Shown here one piece after another: positions 58,204 through 64,000 of a DNA stretch of 64,000 nt. The first letter of the stretch is position 1; each line of letters starts with the position of its first letter. Origin of the DNA: a bacterium (GTDB lineage: Bacteria > RBG-13-61-14 > DATKZS01); NCBI GenBank assembly GCA_963674965.2, contig CAXXFL010000002.1, positions 256,001 through 320,000 of the forward strand. The letters run 5' to 3'. The notes under the pieces are model-generated. The model did not search any database, had not been told where the DNA came from, and saw nothing but the letters and a program-made list of their open reading frames with translations. The position numbers were made by a program, and so were the translations under genes.

Positions 58204-59931
58204 TCATTTGCCCCTTCCCCCCCGCGCCCGTTTCGGACCGAGCTGCTCTCTTTGCAGCTCGCAGAACTGGAGCAGGGCCTCCCTCGAGAGACCGCCGCTG
58301 AAATGGAGCGACCCGTTTTCCGGGTCCCGCTCGAGTATGGATATGACGTTGCCGAACTCCCGCCGGGCGTCCTTTTGTTTTCCCGTCCTGAGGAAAAGGT
58401 TCCCCAGGTTGAAGTGGGCCATGGCGAAGTCGGGATCGAGCATCACCACCCTCTGATAGTTTTTCAGGGCCAGGCCGAACTCGTCGTTCTTCTCGTCGAT
58501 CAGGGCGAGCAGGAAATAAAGCTCGGGCATGAGGTCGTCTCTTTTCATGGCGGCCTCGGCCCGCTCGAGGGCTTCATCCTCCCTCGCCTGGTTGGCCAGG
58601 ATGTATCCCATGCCCACGTTGCCCCGGGCCGAGCCCGGGTCCATCTCGAGTATCTCCTCGAAGGAAACCCGGGCGGGCGCGAACTCCTCCCTCGAGAAGG
58701 CCTCGAGGCCCTCCTTCCACAGCCTCTCCTCCAGCGCCTTGTCCACCGCGGCGGGCTTTTTTACTTCTTCTTTGTCCTCGACCTTTGCCTCGGGGGCCGG
58801 GACCGCCTCGCGCCTCGAGGCGTACTCGACCTCGAGTTCCCCCGCCTCGGCCAACTCGTTCAGTTCCCATAGGCGTTCCCTGGTCCTGGCGCCGTCTCCT
58901 CCCGGGCGGCGCAAGTCCACCACGTTGGAAAAAGCGTCCGGACCGACGGCAAGTTCCAGGTCTCCTCCCCCGACGAGGGGATGGGGCCTGCTGCCGAGGG
59001 CCCGGAGGAAATCCTCGCGCTCCCTGGCCTTTTGCCGCTCGCGCATCTCCGAAACGTGGACCTCGGGCGAGTCGGTCTTCTGGTAAAAAAAAGCCTCGGG
59101 CGTATGAATGCTCTGAAAGGCCTCGCTTAGACGGAAGAGGGTTTCCGAATAGCCCAGCATCAGGTAGCCCTCGGGAGCTATCAGGTCATACAGGTTGTCG
59201 ATCACGCTCCGTATGGTATCGAAGTTAAAATAGATCAGGACGTTGCGGCACAGGATCACGTCGAAGGGAAGGCCCCTGGACAAAAGATAATAATCGTCGT
59301 CGATCAGGTTGAAATGCACGAAATCCACGGCCTTTTTGATTTCATCCTTGACGCGCCAGTTGTTTTTCGCCTGCCTCGTAAAGTATCTTTCCCTCGTCAC
59401 GGGATCGACCAGCTTTATTTTCCTGGAGGAGTAAACTCCCACTCTGGCCGCCTCCAGAAATTCCCGGTTAATATCGCAGGCCTTCACGCTTATGTCCCAG
59501 TCGTCGAAATCGGGCAGGAGTTCCTTTAAAAGGATCACCAGCGAGTAGGGTTCCTCCCCCGTGGCGCAGCCGATGGACAACAGCCTCATCTCGAGGCTTT
59601 CCCCTCTTCGCCTTTGAACAAGCTCGGGAATGGCGTATTTCCTAAGGGCCGCGAACTGGTCGGGGGTACGGAAGAACTGGGTCTCGCCCACGGTCAGGGA
59701 AAGAACCAGATTATTCAATTCCTCCTTGCCCCGGCCCCGGGTGGTCAAATAGCGGTAGTAGTCGTCGAAGCAGGCAAGGCCGAGCTCGATCATCCTGACG
59801 GCGGCGGCCCTCTCAAGCTCCCGAAGCCGTCTTCCCTCGAAAACCAGGCCGCTCTTTTCCATCAGGAAAAGCTGGTACCTCTCCATTTGCTCCGGCGTCA
59901 TCCTGAGCCTTATGATCTTTCCGCTTTCCAT
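58204..59931 (-). CDS. cheR: CheR methyltransferase with C-terminal TPRs
   Basis: GETQFFR, SIGCATGEEPYS, DIN, CRNVLIYF, TPR tail. Confidence 0.94.
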   Translation of the reverse strand: MESGKIIRLRMTPEQMERYQLFLMEKSGLVFEGRRLRELERAAAVRMIELGLACFDDYYRYLTTRGRGKEELNNLVLSLTVGETQFFRTPDQFAALRKYAIPELVQRRRGESLEMRLLSIGCATGEEPYSLVILLKELLPDFDDWDISVKACDINREFLEAARVGVYSSRKIKLVDPVTRERYFTRQAKNNWRVKDEIKKAVDFVHFNLIDDDYYLLSRGLPFDVILCRNVLIYFNFDTIRSVIDNLYDLIAPEGYLMLGYSETLFRLSEAFQSIHTPEAFFYQKTDSPEVHVSEMRERQKAREREDFLRALGSRPHPLVGGGDLELAVGPDAFSNVVDLRRPGGDGARTRERLWELNELAEAGELEVEYASRREAVPAPEAKVEDKEEVKKPAAVDKALEERLWKEGLEAFSREEFAPARVSFEEILEMDPGSARGNVGMGYILANQAREDEALERAEAAMKRDDLMPELYFLLALIDEKNDEFGLALKNYQRVVMLDPDFAMAHFNLGNLFLRTGKQKDARREFGNVISILERDPENGSLHFSGGLSREALLQFCELQREQLGPKRARGGRGK

Positions 59932-60033
59932 GCCTTTTTCTACGTGTATTAAACTATCGCAAGCAAAGGAATAACGCAACGCGGACGGCTGAGGGCCGGC
60001 GGAGGTTCGGGTCGTCCTGAAAAGAGCAGCGAA

Positions 60034-63000
60034 TTACCTGGAGAACATCCTCGAGATGGTGACGAACTGGTAGTCCCTTTGCCGGAGGTCGTCAATGGCT
60101 TTGGGCAATATCTCGTCGATAAAGTCCTTGCGGCGATCGGAGCCGAGGTGCATGAGGATTATGCCGCCGTTGGCCCTGCCCGCCACTCCTCCGTCGATGC
60201 TCATGAACCGCTTGTAGAGCTTGTCGCCGTTCAGATAGTAGCGGCTCCTCTCGTCGGCCACCCAGTCGAGCATGTCGTGATTCACCGGGGTCCGGGTCCA
60301 GTCCACGTGCTTGAAGCCGGCCTCCGCGGCCCAGGCCAGGATGGTGGGGTTATGCTCGCCGTAAGGGGCCCGCCACCAGTGGATCATCTCCGCTCCGGTG
60401 GCCGCCTCGAAAAGGTCCTTGGTTTTCAAAAGCTCCTCGCGGAGGTTCTCCCGAGTAACGCCGGAAGAGGTGTTGTGCCGCCTGTTCTTCTCGAAAGTCG
60501 TAAGATGGGGATGGGAGTAAGTGTGGTTTCCCACCTCGTGTCCCTCCGCCACTATCCTTCTGGCGACCTCGGGATACCTCTCGATGAACTGGCCCGTTAA
60601 GAAGAAGGTGGTGATGATGCCCTTTTCATGGAGCACGTCGAGGATTTCCTCGGCCCGCTTTTTGGAGGCCCCCGCGTCGATGGTCAGCGCCAGGTAGGGC
60701 AGGTCACGGGGGCCCCGCATGCGGTTGACGGCGCTCGAGTGCCTGACCCGGGCCATGCGCAGGCTCTCGCGCTCGATCATGCTCGCCATCGAGTTGGCCT
60801 CATTGCCCTGGCCGTCGGTGACCTTGACCTCGACGACGTTGACGCCGTAGGCCAAATGGACCTCATCGAAGCTGAAACCCTGGTCCACCACGTCGGTCGC
60901 CGCCACCTCCTCGTTATTCAGCATGAGATAAGCCACGTCGGCCCCGGGCGCGTAGCCGGTGATGTTCACCTTGCCGTCGCTAAGGGCCAGGCTCTCCGAG
61001 GCCACGTCCAGGGTCGGCGTCTGGAGGAGGGGCTCGATGGCGTCGTAAATAATGTTGGGCTGGTCGAGGGGAGAAAATGCCGAGCCGCCCGAAAGCATGG
61101 CGACCTCCTCGGTCTCGTCCTGCCTTCCGTCGGACCACCAGACCGCCGCCACAGTTCCCACGGCCGTGGCCACGAGGAAAGCCGGTATCATGATGAGCAT
61201 GAACCTGGCCCAGGTAAGGGACCCCTCGCGGGCGGACCGGGTTTGAGTCCTGCCCGGCGGGGGAGGGCGGTGGAGACGCTTTTGGGTTTCCTCCACCATC
61301 TTGAGCTTCTTCTTGACGCTCTCGAGATCGGCCAGGGGGGCCGAGGCGGTCTCGAACCTCTTCTCGGTGACGGCCTGTCCCTTTTCGACGGCCTCGAGCT
61401 TTGCTTTCAGGCCCTCGATTTCCACGTCAAAAGAGTCTTGACGGTTTTCCTTTTCCGCCTCGCGTCGCCATGATTCCAGATTGGCGATCTTGGTCTTGAG
61501 GCCCTCGAGGTCCGCCAGAGGATAGGCCGTCAGGTTCTCAAAGGCCTTCCTGATCTGCCGCTTCAGTTCCTTGTGCTCGTCCTCGACCGAGGCCAGGCGC
61601 TCGAAGGCCTTGACCAGGGCCTCCCTGGTTTTGGCCGAGTCCGGGTCACCTCCGCCGGCCTGGCCCGCCTCCAGCGTGGAGGCCAGCCTCGCCATCTCAT
61701 CCTCGATATGAACGAGTCTTTTCTCCAGATCGCTCGGGGCCGTTTCCGCCTCGATCTTATCCTCCATGCCCTCGAGGCGTCCCTCCAGCGCCAAGAGCCG
61801 GGTCGAGTAGTCGTCGAGACGGTCTCTGGCCTCCCGGGCCGAGTCGCTCGAGACCCTGTCGATCCGCTCCGCCATCTTCCGCCGCGAGCGCTCGTCCTTA
61901 TCGAGCCGGCCGGACATTTCCCCGACCAAGTCGGACAGCCTGGCCAGGTCATCGGAAGAGGCGGCCTTGTCCTGGACCTCGCCTATCCGTTTTTCGATCC
62001 TCTCAAGCTTTACCTCGGAGACCTCGCTTCGCTTGTCCTTCTCGACCTCGCCCAGCTTGCGCCTTTGTTCCTCTCTTTCCTCGAAGGCCTCGCTCAACTC
62101 CCCTATCAGGCCCCTTATCTCGATCAGCTCGAGGCGCGTTTTGTCCGCGTCCTCTTGGCGGGCAAAGGAGCCGGAAAGGTCCGCGAGCTTCTTCTCCAGG
62201 TCCGCCAGGCCAGCCAGGTCGCTTACCGTCTTGTCCAGGCGCCGCGAGAGTTTTTCCAGGGAATTTTTATCGGCCGCCTCGCCCCGGGCTTCCTCGATGA
62301 TCTCGGCCATGGCGTCAAGGTCGTCCATGGAAACGAAGCGGGACTGAATCTCGGAGAGCTTCTCGGAAAAGGCCTCGAGGGCCTCGGCGTCGGCGGACCG
62401 GTCCTCGCCGGGCTTGACGGGAACGTTCACCAACAGGTCCAGGCGCTCGACCTCGGAAGTCAGCTCGCCCAGCCTCTCCTCGATCTCGCTCACCTGGCGG
62501 CGAGTGGCCCCGTTTTTACCAAGCTCTTCCAGACGGCCGGACACGCGCTCGAGGTCTTCCCTCGCCGCCGATCCCTCGGCCAGGCGGGCGATGTCTTCCC
62601 TCAGCCTCTCCACCGCCTCGGCCCGGGCCGAGGACTTGTTCAGGCTCCCGACCTCCTCGGCCAGCGCCGCGAGGTCCTCGCTCGAGGCCTTGCTCCCCGC
62701 CAGGGCCTCGAGGCCCTCGATGGCGGCGGCGGTCTCCTCCGCCCGGGCCGCCTCGGCCTCGATCCGCTCGACCTTGTCGGAAAGCTCGGCCAGTTCCTCG
62801 GCGCCGGCCCTCGTCTTTTCCAGCTCACCGACCCTGGCCTCGACCTCGATCAAGTCCTTTTGGCGGGCCGCGTCGCCGGAGAGCTTCTTTAAGAGCGCCG
62901 AAAGCTCGGCCACTTCGTCCGAGTCCGCGTACCGCTCCTCGATCCTCTCGAGGCGCCCGACGGCCTTCTCGAGGTCGGTCCCCGCGGCGGCGGTCGAGGC

Positions 63001-64000
63001 GAGATCGCCCAACTTGCCAATTACTTCCTGTAGCTCGGAGTCGTCCGCCGCCTTTTCGGCCAGGGCCTCGAGGCTTTCCTCGAGTTCCTGGACCTTGATT
63101 TCCCTGGCGTAGGATGACTCGATCTTCTCGAGCCGGCCAACGGCCTCGGCCAGGCCGTCCTTTTCCGCGGCCACGTCGGCCAGGCGGGCCAGTTTCTCCG
63201 AGACCTTGTCCAGGGCCTCGGACCGGGCGTAAAGCTCCTCTACCGCCGCCAGCCGCGTCCGGGTCTCGGCCAGGTCGCCCGAGGTTGCGTAGCTCGAGTT
63301 TATCTCTTCAACGGCCTCGCTTAGTTTTTCCAGACCGGAGACCGAGGCGTAGTCGGACTCGATGGACCCCACCAGCTCGGCCAACTCCCGGAGCTTCCCG
63401 CGGGAGGCGTACTCCGCCTCGATGGCCTCGACCTTTTGCCCGAGTCCCTCGAGATCGCTCGCGAGGGCGGACCTGTCCGACAAGGTCTCGACGTCCTCGG
63501 CCAGCCTGGAAAGGTCCCGGGCCCGGGCGTAGCTCTCGGCTATGCCGGCGACCTCGGCGGCGACCTCCTCGAGGGCCGAGCGCTCGGCGTAGGCGTTCCT
63601 TATATACTCGACCTGGCCGGCCACGAACTCGAGGATTTCCCGGTCCGCGTAGGTCTCGGCGATCATAAGTACCCGGTCGAGGATATCCTCCACCTGGAGG
63701 CGGTTGGCGAACCTCGATCCCAAGGTCTCGACGTGGTCGTAAACCTTGTCCAAAAGCCCGCGGCCCGTGTATCTCGAACGCAGCTCCTCGATCCGCGCGG
63801 AAAGTTTTTCCACGGACTCGAGGTCGGCGTAGTCCGAGCCTATGGCCCGGACGCGATCGGCCAGCTCGGCCAGGGCCTCATTGGCGGCGGCCTCGGACTT
63901 GACCCTCTCCAGTTCCTCCTCGATCCTCGAGAGGGCCTCGGCGCCGGCCGAGGATTCGGCAAGACTCTCGACCCGCGCGGCCAACTCCTCCAACCTCGCG
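60034..64000 (-). CDS. Giant coiled-coil repeat protein with TM, Ig-like and polysaccharide deacetylase (NodB) domains; 5' end outside window
   Basis: Over 1319 aa open; 20-aa repeats; TM FMLIMIPAFLVATAVGTVAAVWW; LTIDAG, GNHTYSHPHL, RAPYG, DW, LMH. Confidence 0.9.
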   Translation of the reverse strand, partial: ARLEELAARVESLAESSAGAEALSRIEEELERVKSEAAANEALAELADRVRAIGSDYADLESVEKLSARIEELRSRYTGRGLLDKVYDHVETLGSRFANRLQVEDILDRVLMIAETYADREILEFVAGQVEYIRNAYAERSALEEVAAEVAGIAESYARARDLSRLAEDVETLSDRSALASDLEGLGQKVEAIEAEYASRGKLRELAELVGSIESDYASVSGLEKLSEAVEEINSSYATSGDLAETRTRLAAVEELYARSEALDKVSEKLARLADVAAEKDGLAEAVGRLEKIESSYAREIKVQELEESLEALAEKAADDSELQEVIGKLGDLASTAAAGTDLEKAVGRLERIEERYADSDEVAELSALLKKLSGDAARQKDLIEVEARVGELEKTRAGAEELAELSDKVERIEAEAARAEETAAAIEGLEALAGSKASSEDLAALAEEVGSLNKSSARAEAVERLREDIARLAEGSAAREDLERVSGRLEELGKNGATRRQVSEIEERLGELTSEVERLDLLVNVPVKPGEDRSADAEALEAFSEKLSEIQSRFVSMDDLDAMAEIIEEARGEAADKNSLEKLSRRLDKTVSDLAGLADLEKKLADLSGSFARQEDADKTRLELIEIRGLIGELSEAFEEREEQRRKLGEVEKDKRSEVSEVKLERIEKRIGEVQDKAASSDDLARLSDLVGEMSGRLDKDERSRRKMAERIDRVSSDSAREARDRLDDYSTRLLALEGRLEGMEDKIEAETAPSDLEKRLVHIEDEMARLASTLEAGQAGGGDPDSAKTREALVKAFERLASVEDEHKELKRQIRKAFENLTAYPLADLEGLKTKIANLESWRREAEKENRQDSFDVEIEGLKAKLEAVEKGQAVTEKRFETASAPLADLESVKKKLKMVEETQKRLHRPPPPGRTQTRSAREGSLTWARFMLIMIPAFLVATAVGTVAAVWWSDGRQDETEEVAMLSGGSAFSPLDQPNIIYDAIEPLLQTPTLDVASESLALSDGKVNITGYAPGADVAYLMLNNEEVAATDVVDQGFSFDEVHLAYGVNVVEVKVTDGQGNEANSMASMIERESLRMARVRHSSAVNRMRGPRDLPYLALTIDAGASKKRAEEILDVLHEKGIITTFFLTGQFIERYPEVARRIVAEGHEVGNHTYSHPHLTTFEKNRRHNTSSGVTRENLREELLKTKDLFEAATGAEMIHWWRAPYGEHNPTILAWAAEAGFKHVDWTRTPVNHDMLDWVADERSRYYLNGDKLYKRFMSIDGGVAGRANGGIILMHLGSDRRKDFIDEILPKAIDDLRQRDYQFVTISRMFSR

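Noticed and set aside
1-64000. CRISPR array, rRNA, prophage or integrase
   Set aside because: No regularly spaced direct repeats, rRNA-like sequence, phage structural genes or recombinase were seen.

Overview
GC-rich bacterial chromosome segment with Deltaproteobacteria-like gene content (taxonomy is inference only). Housekeeping blocks: ispE-spoVG-tRNA-Gln-prs, two tRNA-Ser, tyrS, tetR(fadR-like)-etfB-etfA, dnaJ-grpE, cstA. Signalling blocks: ECF sigma/anti-sigma, FHA-Ser/Thr kinase, and a CheR-TPR/CheW/RR/CheA-REC/CheB cluster with no MCP. Several secreted repeat proteins and one intact IS630 are also present. The main result is an accessory island after tyrS (about 10.9-15.9 kb) with two full and one truncated paralogue of a secreted FGE-sulfatase (C-type-lectin fold) protein. 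Their last ~40 codons differ mostly at positions 1-2 of NNC/NNT codons, and each is followed 33 nt after the stop by a GC-stem/GTAA hairpin. This is the signature of diversity-generating-retroelement (DGR) target genes, yet I find no RT or template repeat in the window, so they look like remote targets. Both have poly-G tracts in their promoter regions. Other highlights: a giant 20-residue-period coiled-coil/TM/polysaccharide-deacetylase protein directly upstream of the receptor-less chemosensory cluster, an HgcA/AcsC-like corrinoid protein without the cap-helix Cys, a tandem DsrC/TusE protein, REP/REPIN-like palindromes, and an apparent strong excess of CTCGAG. All calls come from reading the sequence; no searches were run.
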